64,000 nt of DNA from Thermodesulfobacteriota bacterium (GCA_034189385.1 JAXHVD010000001.1:64619-128618), one strand, 5' to 3'. Shown: positions 9,583-20,025, counted from the first letter of the stretch. Translations and numbers: made by a program. Notes: generated by a model from the letters alone, not told the origin.

Positions 9583-9891
9583 ATGCACGGGGGGACAAGA
9601 ACATTGATAGCTCTGGTAAGCATCACAGTCCTGGTGGCAACTTTCGCTGGATATCCGGCCGTGGCCCAGGATGAGATGCCGGGGGAAAAGGGCTCTGCGG
9701 AAGCCATGATTGGCGACCTGGTCGTCGTCAGGCCACTAGGGATTACGGCAACGGCCTTGGGTGCCGTCTTTTTTGTTGCCTCTATGCCCTTTAGCTTAGC
9801 AGGCATGAACACTGAGGAGGCCTTTAAGAAACTTGTGGCCGAACCGGCCGATTTCACCTTTGCCAGGTCTCTCGGGGACGTGGACTACTAG
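9583..9891 (+). CDS. Small secreted or membrane protein, hypothetical
   Basis: 102 aa with a signal-like N-terminus (LIALVSITVLVATFAGYPAVAQ) and a second hydrophobic stretch. GGAGG SD is upstream. Confidence 0.55.
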   Translation: MHGGTRTLIALVSITVLVATFAGYPAVAQDEMPGEKGSAEAMIGDLVVVRPLGITATALGAVFFVASMPFSLAGMNTEEAFKKLVAEPADFTFARSLGDVDY

Positions 9892-10343
9892 AGGATTTTT
9901 GCGACAGCGGCGGGATCCTTGTATTTGAGGTACGGTCAAGAGGATTGGACTGTGGAAGTCCGTCCATGAAGAGAGCTTTGCATAACTCTTTCTTGCGTTC
10001 ATAGGGGGCTTTCGGGGTACCCATTCCCGACTCCGTCGGGATGAGCGGCCCAAGAGAGTGGGCAAATCGTGAACTGTTTGAGGCTGCTAGGCCGAGTATG
10101 AGCGCTGACGCTTCACTCCGTGTCGCGATTCAGCGAACAAAGCCGAAAATGGATCAAAAAGCTCACAGAACCAAGCAAGAAGAGGTTGTGCAAGGCTCTA
10201 ATGAAGAGGTGCCCCAAGAGAGTTTTTCCTTGCTTGCCCTGTCATTCCTGTCCGGACTGCCGGTTCTTCAGAACCTTTCATGATGCTCCAGCACGCCGCC
10301 GTCACCACAGCCATTCAGCACTTGTCGGCTCGCCACCCTAGCC

Positions 10344-11525
10344 ATGTCTAAACCAGAACCTGCCGAGACATCCTATTCTGCATTCCAAACCAGCCAGGTC
10401 TTGACCGTGGCTGCAGGGCACTTTGTCCACGACCTCTATAGCAGCTTTCTTGCCCCCTGGCTTCCCCTGCTCATTGAGAAGTTGAGCCTTTCCCTGACCC
10501 TTGCAGGTTCTTTGATTCTATTCATACGTCTGCCTTCACTGTTGAATCCCGTCATTGGTGTGGTGGCCGACCGCATTGAGGTACGCTACATGGTCATTGC
10601 AGCCCCCGCTGTCACTGCCGTGTGCATGAGCCTCATCGGCTTGGCGCCAGACTACGCCGTAGTGGCTTTGTTGCTTTTTATCGTCGGGTTGAGCGCTGCG
10701 GCCTTCCACGTGCCAGGTCCGGTGATGATTGTGCGTATGTCTGGCGCACAACTGGGCAAAGGGATGAGTTGTTTTATGGCGGCTGGTGAATTGGCCCGGA
10801 CCGTTGGCCCACTGGTGGCAGTGGCCGCCGTCTCCTTGTGGGGCTTTGAAGGGAGTTACCCCGTCATGATCTTTGGGTTGGTGGCTTCGGCCTTTTTATA
10901 CTGGCGACTCTGTGACGCGAGGGTGCACAGAAAAAGGGTGGTTGGCACCTCTATAGCCAAGACGTGGCAGGCCATGCGACATGTGCTGGTGCCCTTGACC
11001 TGTCTTGTGGTGGCCCGGGCCTTGATGGTTGCCTCGCTTACAACGTTTCTGCCCACCTTCATGGCGGTTTCGGGGGAAAGCTTGTGGGTAGGTGGCACTG
11101 CTCTGGCCGTCCTTGAGTTTAGTGGTGCCTTTGGAAGTCTGGCCTCAGGCACATTGAGTGACCGTTTGGGCCGGCGTTTTGTTCTCCTTGCCGCCATGAT
11201 GGCATCCCCTTGCCTCATGCTGACCTTTCTCGTCGCCCGCACGTGGGCCATCTTTGCCGTGCTGGTGCTCCTGGGATTCACCGTCTTCGCGGCCGCCCCG
11301 GTCATGCTGGCTGTGGTTCAAGAACATGCACAGGGGATGCGAGCCACAGCCAACGGGCTTTACATGGGGATCAACTTCGTGGTTATATCAGCCATTACGG
11401 TATTGGTGGGCTGGATGGGGGACATGATGGGTCTTCGTGCAGCTTTTGCATGGAGCGCTGTGTTGGCCTTGGCCGGGGTGCCGGTGATTTTTTGGCTTCC
11501 CAAACAGACAAGGGAGAAGAGGTAG
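10344..11525 (+). CDS. MFS transporter
   Basis: 393 aa with about 12 hydrophobic segments. GVVADRIEVRY-like and LSDRLGRRF loop motifs are typical of the MFS. Confidence 0.8.
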   Translation: MSKPEPAETSYSAFQTSQVLTVAAGHFVHDLYSSFLAPWLPLLIEKLSLSLTLAGSLILFIRLPSLLNPVIGVVADRIEVRYMVIAAPAVTAVCMSLIGLAPDYAVVALLLFIVGLSAAAFHVPGPVMIVRMSGAQLGKGMSCFMAAGELARTVGPLVAVAAVSLWGFEGSYPVMIFGLVASAFLYWRLCDARVHRKRVVGTSIAKTWQAMRHVLVPLTCLVVARALMVASLTTFLPTFMAVSGESLWVGGTALAVLEFSGAFGSLASGTLSDRLGRRFVLLAAMMASPCLMLTFLVARTWAIFAVLVLLGFTVFAAAPVMLAVVQEHAQGMRATANGLYMGINFVVISAITVLVGWMGDMMGLRAAFAWSAVLALAGVPVIFWLPKQTREKR

Positions 11526-11734
11526 TGTTAGAGCACTGAGGGAAGGGAGCGGGAGGGCAAATTGCTTGACAAAGGCGAGTGACTCCCCTAGAGATTACGA
11601 GCTGTGGGAAAGGCTGACGCGCCGGTGACGTGTAACAGAGTATCCCAGGTCCTGGGGTGACAAAGGAGAACCGTCCGGTATGTCAGGTGTTGGTTTGAAA
11701 ATCTGATGACTCATATCCAGTAAGCGAGTGATCC

Positions 11735-14161
11735 ATGAGAGTAAGTCTGAGCTGGCTCAAAGACTACGTAGCCATTGAAGAGGATGTAACCAAACTTGCC
11801 GATGCCCTCACTATGGCAGGGCTTGAGGTGGATGCCCTGGTTGACCGTTATGCCTATTTAGCATCTGTGGTGGCAGGGCGGATTGTTGAAATAGGCCCCC
11901 ATCCCAATGCCGACGCCCTGTCCGTATTAAAGGTAGATGTGGGCTCCGGCACAAAGACTATTGTGTGTGGGGCGACGAATATCAAAGAAGGAGACCTTGT
12001 GCCGGTGGCACTGGTTGGATCCGAGCTTCCTCCGGGAGATACCATTGAGGCCGGTCATATTCGGGGCCAGGACTCAGAGGGGATGTTGTGCTCCGAGGCA
12101 GAGCTTGCTCTTGGAACAGACAGGTCTGGGATTCTGTTACTGCCCGGGTCCACCACTCCTGGTGCCGGGGTGGCCGATGTTCTCGGTCTTTCAGACACCA
12201 TTATGGAGTTTGATCTGACCCCCAATCGCTCTGATTGCCTGAGCATCATCGGCATCGCCAGAGAGGTGGCGGCGATTCTTAAGGTGCCGTTGAAACACCC
12301 GGAGGTGAAACTGCCGAGCGGTGATGTGGCCATAGAAGGGCTCACGTCAGTAACCATAGAGGCCCCTGATCACTGTCCGCGATATGCGGCAAGGGTGGTC
12401 CAGGGGGTCAAGATCGGGCCATCTCCTTTCTGGATTCAGGACCGGCTCCAATCGATTGGCCTTCGGGCCATTAGCAATGTGGTGGACGCGACCAACTTTG
12501 TGATGATGGAAATGGGACAGCCCCTCCATGCCTTTGATTTTGACCGTCTGGCCGAACACCGGATTGTGGTGAGGACCGCCCGGACAGGCCAGGTCTTTTC
12601 CACTTTAGATGGCATGGAACGGACCTTAGCAAGTGATATGCTCATGATCTGTGACGGCAAGGACCCCGTGGCTCTGGCCGGGATTATGGGCGGACTGGAA
12701 TCTGAGATCGAAGATGACACAGTGAACGTGCTCATAGAAAGTGCCTATTTTGACCCCATCTCCGTTCGGCGTACGGCCAAACGCCTTGGCCTGACAACGG
12801 AATCCTCATACCGCTTTGAGCGTGGCGTCGATCCGGAAGGCATCAGAACAGCCTTGGACCGTGCCGCCCAACTCATAGTGCAAACGACAGGGGGGCAGCT
12901 TGCCGAAGGTGTGATTGACAATTATCCCCGGCCAATCCCTCAAAGGACAATAGAGCTGAGCGTGAAGCGGACCAACCGCCTGCTGGGGACAGAAATAGAC
13001 CGCGATGAGATCAGCCGGTATTTGGAATCGGTAGAACTGGACGCGGAACCTGTGGATGAGGATAGACTCAGGGTGGTCTCTCCCACTTTCCGCGTGGACC
13101 TCAAACGCCCTGAGGACCTGATGGAGGAAGTGGCGCGCCTTAAGGGCTATGACCAAATCCCCACAACCCATCCCCTGACGCAGGTAGTGGCATGTGCCGA
13201 GGACAAGAACCTTCGAGTCCGAAGGAGGCTGCGTCAGACTCTTTCGGGCTGCGGGTTTTCGGAGATTGTAACTTACAGCTTCGTCGATGAAGAGGCCTGT
13301 GACAGGCTCCTCATTGACGCTGATGATCCTAGAAGACAGATGCTGCCCATCCTCAATCCTCTCACCGAAGACCAGACTGTCATGAGGACCTCTCTGCTGC
13401 CCGGCCTCCTAGCTACCATGTATCTAAACAGTACCCAGCGCAACGAGGATTTGAGAATATTCGAGGTCGGTAAGGTTTTTTTGAGCCCCTCACCTGGAGA
13501 TAAAGATCTGCTTCCCAAGGAGGTGCAGATGGTATCCGGTCTTTGGACCGGCGCACGGTGTGAGAGAACTTGGCATGCAAAGGGAGAAGAGGTGGACTTT
13601 TACGACATCAAGGGTACGGTGGAGTCTTTGTGCGCAGCCATGCATGTCCAGGCCCTGCATTTTGCTCCCTCAGACGATGGTAATTCTCCTCATTTGAGAT
13701 TGGGCCGCGCCGCGAAAGTTTATGCAGGCAGGGAACCACTCGGTGTCGTTGGTGAATTGAAGCGGCAAGTTCTGGAGCATTTTGACTTAAAACAGACAGC
13801 CTATTGTTTTGATCTCAATTTTGACATGCTGGTCCATTGTGCCACAGAGGAAAAGCGTGCCAGGCCTCTTTCCAGGTTTCCTTCTACTACAAGGGACCTT
13901 GCCCTCATTGTAGATGATGGAGTGGAGGCCCAGAGGGTGCTCGATTTTGTGGATGCCCTGGGTGAAAATCTGATAGGTGGGGGAGAGGTATTTGATGTCT
14001 ACAAGGGGAGAAGAATCCCTCAAGGAAAGAAGAGCGTGGCCTTTCGGTTCACCTATCGTTCTTTTGAAAGAAGTCTTACTGACACCGAGGTGAACAGGAT
14101 TCACGAAAACATTGCTCGCCAGGTGTTGAAAGAGTTCCGCGCCGAACTACCGTCATCGTGA
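11735..14161 (+). CDS. pheT: Phenylalanine--tRNA ligase beta subunit
   Basis: 808 aa. MRVSLSWLKDYV N-terminus, tRNA-binding domain (HPNADALSVLKVDVG), and B3/4, B5 and FDX-ACB C-terminal regions recognisable. Confidence 0.95.
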   Translation: MRVSLSWLKDYVAIEEDVTKLADALTMAGLEVDALVDRYAYLASVVAGRIVEIGPHPNADALSVLKVDVGSGTKTIVCGATNIKEGDLVPVALVGSELPPGDTIEAGHIRGQDSEGMLCSEAELALGTDRSGILLLPGSTTPGAGVADVLGLSDTIMEFDLTPNRSDCLSIIGIAREVAAILKVPLKHPEVKLPSGDVAIEGLTSVTIEAPDHCPRYAARVVQGVKIGPSPFWIQDRLQSIGLRAISNVVDATNFVMMEMGQPLHAFDFDRLAEHRIVVRTARTGQVFSTLDGMERTLASDMLMICDGKDPVALAGIMGGLESEIEDDTVNVLIESAYFDPISVRRTAKRLGLTTESSYRFERGVDPEGIRTALDRAAQLIVQTTGGQLAEGVIDNYPRPIPQRTIELSVKRTNRLLGTEIDRDEISRYLESVELDAEPVDEDRLRVVSPTFRVDLKRPEDLMEEVARLKGYDQIPTTHPLTQVVACAEDKNLRVRRRLRQTLSGCGFSEIVTYSFVDEEACDRLLIDADDPRRQMLPILNPLTEDQTVMRTSLLPGLLATMYLNSTQRNEDLRIFEVGKVFLSPSPGDKDLLPKEVQMVSGLWTGARCERTWHAKGEEVDFYDIKGTVESLCAAMHVQALHFAPSDDGNSPHLRLGRAAKVYAGREPLGVVGELKRQVLEHFDLKQTAYCFDLNFDMLVHCATEEKRARPLSRFPSTTRDLALIVDDGVEAQRVLDFVDALGENLIGGGEVFDVYKGRRIPQGKKSVAFRFTYRSFERSLTDTEVNRIHENIARQVLKEFRAELPSS

Positions 14162-14274
14162 CAGTGGGAAGAGGGTCCCGGTTTCAGGGTGTGTTTTACA
14201 CAGGGCTGAACTTATAGGAAGGACGCAACCAATCATTCGCCAAAGGGGCAGTGCAACCGGCAGATGGCTATGCA

Positions 14275-14595
14275 ATGAACAAGAAAACCATCGTTGAGGC
14301 CATTCATCAGAGAATAGGCTTTTCCAAAAGGGAAACAGCGACCTTGGTTGACGCTGCCTTTGAGCTCATCAAGACGGCCTTGGCCAAAGGCGAACCGGTC
14401 ATGATTTCGGGCTTTGGCAAGCTTTCAGTGCGTGAAAGAAAGGCCAAAAAGGGGAGGAATCCGCAGACGGGTGACACCATGATGATCCCTGCGCGGAAGG
14501 TTGTGACTTTCAAGGTCAGCCGGGTGCTGAAGGAGGGAGTCAATGAGGCCCAGAGACGCCGAGATGCCGGAAAAGCGGTATTTCAGGATCGGTGA
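14275..14595 (+). CDS. ihfA: Integration host factor alpha subunit (HU/IHF family)
   Basis: MNKKTIVEAI...GFGKLSVRERKAKKGRNPQTGDTMMIPARKVVTFKVSRVLK. Sits directly downstream of pheT as in many Proteobacteria. Start trimmed to ATG 14275. Confidence 0.85.
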   Translation: MNKKTIVEAIHQRIGFSKRETATLVDAAFELIKTALAKGEPVMISGFGKLSVRERKAKKGRNPQTGDTMMIPARKVVTFKVSRVLKEGVNEAQRRRDAGKAVFQDR

Positions 14596-14893
14596 GGTAA
14601 GTGCCATTACGGGCATTCAGCCTTACGTCCTGCGGTACTGGCAGACGGAGTTTGCAAAGATTAGTCCTACCAGGTCTCGTTCCGGCCAGCGCCTTTACAG
14701 GAGACGGGACATAGAGACCATTCTGGAAATCAAACACCTGCTTTACAAAAAGAGATTTACGATTGCCGGGGCCAAGCAGCACCTCAAGGGCAGCCAACAA
14801 GTGGCCTCTGTTACCCACAGCGATAGCCAACCTCTCACACTTCAAGAGCTCAGAGAAGAGCTGACAGCCATAAGTGACCTGCTGAGCCGGTGA
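14564..14893 (+). CDS. MerR-family transcriptional regulator
   Basis: YFRIGEVSAITGIQPYVLRYWQTEF...RSRSGQRLYRRRDIE is the MerR HTH signature. Overlaps the ihfA 3' end by 32 nt. Confidence 0.8.
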   Translation: MPEKRYFRIGEVSAITGIQPYVLRYWQTEFAKISPTRSRSGQRLYRRRDIETILEIKHLLYKKRFTIAGAKQHLKGSQQVASVTHSDSQPLTLQELREELTAISDLLSR

Positions 14894-14923
14894 AGGCATA
14901 AAGCTCAATGCCAAAGAGCCATG

Positions 14924-15958
14924 TCAGCGAGCTTTGACCCTGTTGCTTCTCTCACTTTGAGCCTTGAGCTTTGGGCCTTGAGCCCCTTTGTCCATAGATC
15001 TGATGATCCACCGGGATAAGGTGTTGGGGTCCTCGTAGGGAACCACGCCTTCCAGGTTTTCCAAAGGGACCTCTGCCCGTGCCATGGCCTTGTGCCCACC
15101 TGCTTGGCCCAGGGGGCCAAAGCCGTCAGATAATACCTTCCCTGCATTTTTGCGAACACCGTCGTTTCTTACGATGATGACCAGGCGGCCCTTGTGGGTG
15201 CCTGACACGACAGACCAGGCAATATCATGAATTTTCATGAAAAAATCTGCGATGGAGACGCAAATATCTGGGTTCGTCACAGGCCCCAGGTGGACCTGAA
15301 TGCGTTGTTTTCTTATGCGCATCTCTTCTAAGGCTTTCTGGTAATATTTCAAGAAATCACGGGGGATTTCTGCCTGGTCGATCCTTCGTGCCATGTGGAC
15401 ATTCACATAACGAAAGAGAAACTGAAAAGCGTTCACATCCTCCATGACGGCCTTTCGTTGAAAATCCCTTGTGTCCGTCTTGATACCGTAATACAGCGCC
15501 GTGGCAAGACGCATGGAGGGCTTGATGTTGGCGGCCCGAAGGTACTGGGTCATGATGGTGGAGGTGGCACCGTATTCCGACCGGATGTCCGAGAAAGAGG
15601 CCTCAGCCCCCGTAGGGGGGTGATGGTCAATAATCACATCAAAATGGAAACCTTCAAAGGCCTCGTGATGGGACGGCTGGGAGTCAACGATGGCAAACCG
15701 CGTGAATTCGTTGGGGTTCACCTTGCCTATGGGAAGAAGGTTCAATTTGAGCAGACGGATCATGGCCAGATTATCAGGCCGGCTGATGGTATTGACGTGG
15801 CAAATGGTAATGGCAGAGACTTGCCGCCACAAGAGCCGGCTCAAGGCCATGGCGCTGGCCATGGCGTCGGGGTCTGCGTTGATGGCGATCAACAGCCGGT
15901 CTTCCCGAGCGAAAAGGCTAAGCAGACGCCGCAGTCTTTCTGAAGCAGAAGTGGCCAT
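14924..15958 (-). CDS. DHH-family phosphoesterase (NrnA-like)
   Basis: INADPDAMASAMAL (DxD), VIIDHHPP (DHH) and a DHHA1-like C-terminus with GGHKAMA. Confidence 0.8.
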   Translation of the reverse strand: MATSASERLRRLLSLFAREDRLLIAINADPDAMASAMALSRLLWRQVSAITICHVNTISRPDNLAMIRLLKLNLLPIGKVNPNEFTRFAIVDSQPSHHEAFEGFHFDVIIDHHPPTGAEASFSDIRSEYGATSTIMTQYLRAANIKPSMRLATALYYGIKTDTRDFQRKAVMEDVNAFQFLFRYVNVHMARRIDQAEIPRDFLKYYQKALEEMRIRKQRIQVHLGPVTNPDICVSIADFFMKIHDIAWSVVSGTHKGRLVIIVRNDGVRKNAGKVLSDGFGPLGQAGGHKAMARAEVPLENLEGVVPYEDPNTLSRWIIRSMDKGAQGPKLKAQSERSNRVKAR

Positions 15959-15982
15959 GATAAGAAAAACTCACTCTATCGT

Positions 15983-16912
15983 TTAGAGCGCTCTAGTCAA
16001 GAACGCATCTATCTCTTTTCCCATGAAGTCAACCTCTTCAGGCTGCCTCCATTGGATCTCTGGATCCGCCCTGAACCAGGTAAACTGCCGTTTGGCATAC
16101 CGCCGGGTATCTCTTTTAAAGAGTCGGACCGTCTCATCCCAACCCACATTTTCCAGCAAAAATGCTAACACATGGCGGTAGCCGATGGACTGCATGGACT
16201 TGAGGGCCGGGCCGTATCCTCTTTCAAGCAACCCTTTCACCTCGTCCAAAAAGCCTTGGGAAAGCATCCGCTCCACCCGTTCGTTGATGCGATGGTACAG
16301 GATCTCGCGGTCCATGAAAAGGCCAATCTTCAAAACCCTGTACGGCTTGTCGGAAAATTCATGGGTCATGTGGTGCTCAGAAATGGGTTTCCCTGTAAGT
16401 TCAAAGATCTCGAGGGCCCGGATGACGCGGTACGTGTCCTTGGGATGGATCTTCGCTGCCCCTTTAGGATCTGCACGCTTGAGGCGTCCATAAATGGCTT
16501 CAAGGCCCAAGGTGTTGGCCTCTGCCTTTAGCCTTTCGCGGATGGCACTGTCTTCTCCTGGGACCTGAAAGAGTCCTTGCGTAAGGGCCTTTATATAAAG
16601 GCCCGTTCCGCCAACGACAAAGACCGCTTTCCCCTTTTCATGCAGATCAGCGATGATGGACCCTGCCATGGTCCTAAAGCTTGCTGCACTGAAGGGCTCA
16701 TCTGGGCCCAACACATCGATGAGGTGGTGGGGCACCCGGGCCATCTGTTCTTTGTTTGGCTTGGCTGTACCGATGTCCATGTATCTGTATACCTGCATGG
16801 CATCGGCACTGATGATCTCGCCCCCCAAGCGTTCGGCCAAGGCAATGGCCACTTCTGTTTTGCCTACACAAGTGGGGCCCGAGACAATGATGACAGACGG
16901 TTTTTGGACCAT
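15983..16912 (-). CDS. miaA: tRNA dimethylallyltransferase
   Basis: P-loop IIVSGPTCVGKTEVAIALA, plus EIISADAMQVYRYMDIGTAKP and VPHHLID. Confidence 0.92.
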   Translation of the reverse strand: MVQKPSVIIVSGPTCVGKTEVAIALAERLGGEIISADAMQVYRYMDIGTAKPNKEQMARVPHHLIDVLGPDEPFSAASFRTMAGSIIADLHEKGKAVFVVGGTGLYIKALTQGLFQVPGEDSAIRERLKAEANTLGLEAIYGRLKRADPKGAAKIHPKDTYRVIRALEIFELTGKPISEHHMTHEFSDKPYRVLKIGLFMDREILYHRINERVERMLSQGFLDEVKGLLERGYGPALKSMQSIGYRHVLAFLLENVGWDETVRLFKRDTRRYAKRQFTWFRADPEIQWRQPEEVDFMGKEIDAFLTRAL

Positions 16913-17137
16913 GGCTCTCCTTTTTTCCTCTTTCCTTTATTGCTGTTTTTTGCTATCAGGCTTTTGGCTAATTGCCGTTCCTGGTCTGATCGATCTTATA
17001 TTTCAGATACCTTCAGGGATTTCAAGCTTTTGAATTTCGGTAAGACCCCCTGTGACACCCAGGTCGGCCACTTCTTGGGACGGATCGCCGACGACTTGCC
17101 CCACACGAGGAAAACCAAAAGGAGGAGGATTGGGCGG

Positions 17138-18451
17138 ATGAAGAAGTGTGTTGGTGTTCTTTTCTTGTGCATACTCTTCTTGTTGACCGCGGTTGTGAAC
17201 AGCCACGCCGAGCTCTCATCTGACGAATTGCTTCAGATTCTGATGGAAAAAGGGATCATTACCGAAGAGGACATCGACAAGGCCAAGGCGTCTCGCAAAG
17301 AAGAGGATAAGGTGGCTGAAGAGAAGGAAGAGGTGGTCGTCAAGGGGGCCCGCCGTCCCATGAGTGTCAACTTCAAGGGCCGGGTCCAGGCACGGTACAC
17401 GTCTATTGAAAACGGTGATCTAAGCAAGGTCACACCGCAAAAACCCTTTGAATTGTCTGAATTTGACGGATTTGTGCTCCGCCGTGTGCGTCTTCGGTGG
17501 TACGGAAACGTCACGGATCAATGGAAATACCACGTACAGCTCAGCGTAGATGGCGACCACAATGATGATCGACTGGACCCCAAATGGCCCGATTATCAAC
17601 TCAGGAAGACCGATGTAGGGGTCATGCTCCAGGATGCCTTTTTCACCTATGACGCCCATCCTTATTTCAATGTCACAGTCGGGCAGTTCAAGTCACGCTT
17701 TTCACCCTCCTATCTCGTCGCAGGACCGGTCCTGCCCCTTTGCGAGCGTCCTCTGGTCATTGACCTCCTTGCGCGGAAACGGGAAATCGGCATCAGCATA
17801 GAGTCGGCCCTGGAGGGTCAATTGGACGCACGGGGGCCGACAGCAAGGCTCTATGACAAACCGATCTTTTATGCAGTCGGGTTGTACAACGGCAATGGAT
17901 TTAACAAGATGCGTAATGATAACGAAAATTTAATGGTAACCGGCATGTTAGTTTACCGCCCGCGGCCATACATCAACTTTGGTGTCAGCTATGCCTACGA
18001 CCAGATTGGCTATGATTACGAGACCACCGTCCTTGGTTTGGCCGAGCTTTCTGAAGACGGCACCCACTATGAATTCCCAGTTAGGGATCGCATAGCCGTA
18101 AAAGACGTGCACATCTGGGATTTCAACTCTGCCTTGGACGCAGGACCAGTGCATCTCCAGTTTGAATACGTGCAGCAAGACGGTCATGACGTGAGCCGGG
18201 CCTGGGGGTACGGTATACAAGGACAGTACGACCTATGGGATAACTTCCAGCTCACCGCCCGATACGACGAGTTTGATCCGAACGTGGACAAGGACAACTC
18301 CTTTGACTCCCGCTGGTATACCCTGGGATGTAACTGGTTCATCCATGGACAGAGCATAAAGTGGCAGACCAATTACAGCTTCCGGGAAGAGATGCATGGT
18401 GAGGATGTGGACAACGACATCCTTATCACCCATTTTCAGGTCCTGTTTTAG
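17138..18451 (+). CDS. Outer-membrane porin, phosphate-selective porin O/P-like
   Basis: The ORF-track ORF (16577-18451) overlaps miaA, so I trimmed it to ATG 17138 (MKKCVGVLFLCILFLLTAVVNSHA signal peptide, AGGAGGAGG SD). A charged coiled N-segment is followed by alternating beta-strand sequence ending ITHFQVLF (terminal F). Confidence 0.7.
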   Translation: MKKCVGVLFLCILFLLTAVVNSHAELSSDELLQILMEKGIITEEDIDKAKASRKEEDKVAEEKEEVVVKGARRPMSVNFKGRVQARYTSIENGDLSKVTPQKPFELSEFDGFVLRRVRLRWYGNVTDQWKYHVQLSVDGDHNDDRLDPKWPDYQLRKTDVGVMLQDAFFTYDAHPYFNVTVGQFKSRFSPSYLVAGPVLPLCERPLVIDLLARKREIGISIESALEGQLDARGPTARLYDKPIFYAVGLYNGNGFNKMRNDNENLMVTGMLVYRPRPYINFGVSYAYDQIGYDYETTVLGLAELSEDGTHYEFPVRDRIAVKDVHIWDFNSALDAGPVHLQFEYVQQDGHDVSRAWGYGIQGQYDLWDNFQLTARYDEFDPNVDKDNSFDSRWYTLGCNWFIHGQSIKWQTNYSFREEMHGEDVDNDILITHFQVLF

Positions 18452-18986
18452 GGAGCTCAAGTTTCGAACAACTGTCAACAACTTGAAATAACAGCTAGAA
18501 ACGTTCCATGGCTTCTGGGAAGCGGCAGGGCTCTGGTTTGGGTCTTTTCTATGTAATTGAGGCCTCGCGATGGGGGAATCCGCTTCTCTTCAGCCTCCAA
18601 TGCCTTTAGTAGCTGTGCAAAGATGGAGGGTGGCAATGGCTGTAGGCTTTCGTTCAGCTGATTTCCCCATCCCTCTATTGCCAAATCGGAGGGAACAAGT
18701 CTTGACACACCTACTATTTCATCTGCACCAAGCTTCACCCGCCCCACCTACTATAACGACTCGAGCAGCGCCGCCATGGGCCATTGACCTTGGTCTTGGC
18801 CGCGGCCGGATACGGTAAAGGCACGCCACGGGGGCTGGGGTAGCTCTCCTGTGGAGAATGGGCTCGCTTATTCGGTTCGATCAGATCCTTTCAAAGGGGC
18901 CTCCCGAAGAATTGATGAAAATTCTACGCAGGAAGGTAGATAACGCATAGATACATGACACAAGGATAAGAGGAGCGAGAAAGCCC

Positions 18987-19823
18987 ATGAAGTGTGTAAC
19001 ATGTGTTGTCGTCTTAGGTGCGTTGCTGGTCATCCCGACTTCGAACGTGAGTTCCCTGTCTTTCGTGGCACGGGCAGAGGCATCAAGCCATGAGAGTAAA
19101 GCAAGAAGAGATGCATTTGCGGATCAAGCCTTGTCAACGCCCATAGAAATCGTCCAAGCAACGGCAGATGAGGCCCCTTCGGATATGTGGGAAGAATATG
19201 AGGAAGAAGAAGAGGTAGTAGACATAGCAGACCCGATCTACTACTGGAACAAGGGGATGTATCATTTCAATGACAAGTTCTACTTCTGGGTCCTGAAGCC
19301 CGTGGCAAGGGGGTACCGATGGGCCGTGCCAGAGGAAGTCAGAGAAGGGGTGAAAAATTTCTTCCATAACCTTTCCTTTCCTATCCGTTTTGTGAGCTGC
19401 CTATTGCAGGCAAAGGGCAGTCGGGCAGCAGGTGAATTTGGAAGATTCTTTATGAATACGACATGGGGGATTCTTGGCTTTGGCAATCCGGCCAAGGATT
19501 GCCCGAGACTCAATCCGCCTGAGGAGGATTTGGGACAAACCTTTGGCGCCTGGGGCATGGGCAACGGTTTTTACATTGTCTGGCCCTTTCTGGGCCCCTC
19601 CACGGCCCGTGATTCTGTGGGACTCGTGGGAGAGACTTACTTAGATCCCGTTCGCTATGTAGAACCGATGGCAGCGTCTCTGGCCATCACCACCTGGGAT
19701 ACTATAAACGAGACCTCCTTTAGGATCGGAGACTACGAGGCTTTAAAAGATGCGGCGATTGATCCCTACACATCCATTCGAGACGCCTATGTTCAGCATC
19801 GGAAGAAGCAAGTAGAGGAGTAA
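18987..19823 (+). CDS. mlaA: MlaA/VacJ-family lipoprotein
   Basis: DPIYYWNKGMYHFNDKFYFWVLKPVARGYRWAVPEEVREGVKNFFHNLSFPIRFVSCLLQ matches the MlaA core by eye. Confidence 0.8.
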   Translation: MKCVTCVVVLGALLVIPTSNVSSLSFVARAEASSHESKARRDAFADQALSTPIEIVQATADEAPSDMWEEYEEEEEVVDIADPIYYWNKGMYHFNDKFYFWVLKPVARGYRWAVPEEVREGVKNFFHNLSFPIRFVSCLLQAKGSRAAGEFGRFFMNTTWGILGFGNPAKDCPRLNPPEEDLGQTFGAWGMGNGFYIVWPFLGPSTARDSVGLVGETYLDPVRYVEPMAASLAITTWDTINETSFRIGDYEALKDAAIDPYTSIRDAYVQHRKKQVEE

Positions 19824-20025
19824 ACCTGACGTGCCCTTGAAAAAGCAACACTTCTGAGGGGGAGCGTTTTTGCCTTTTTTGTGATATCGGACTGTGTGGA
19901 CGGCCTTCTCAGACCTTTGCGCCAACTGCTGGTCAAATCGAATCCAGAGGAACTTGTGAGGGCCGGTGACGGCCGGATCGCTGTTGGCGTCACAAGAGGC
20001 AAACTGAAAGAGGAGGGACAGGGAG

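Noticed and set aside
10015-10266. Short hairpins cattcccgactccgtcgggatg (about 10026-10047) and ctgtcattcctgtccggactgccgg (about 10243-10267), which resemble the gtcattccggc...gccggaat unit in the core of repeat copy A
   Set aside because: The similarity is limited to about 8 nt (tgtcattcc). That is too weak to claim membership of the same repeat family without a genome-wide search.
10120-10341. 73-aa Cys- and Lys-rich ORF ending 2 nt before the MFS start
   Set aside because: The position is tempting, but it has a GTG start without an SD. It overlaps a second ORF (10041-10283), and its sequence looks like translated intergenic DNA. It cannot be supported without homologues.
11566-11594. TTGACA-N17-TAGAGA upstream of pheT as a promoter
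   Set aside because: The -35 is perfect but the -10 matches only 3 of 6 positions. Not listed as a feature.
16577-17137. N-terminal 187 codons of the 624-aa ORF-track ORF
   Set aside because: This part overlaps miaA antisense. A signal peptide and a strong SD appear only at ATG 17138, so the porin CDS was trimmed.
18475-18747. 90-aa minus ORF in the porin-mlaA spacer
   Set aside because: GTG start directly after two stops, no SD, no recognisable family, and overlap with an equally dubious plus ORF. Kept only as a possible gene remnant in the findings.
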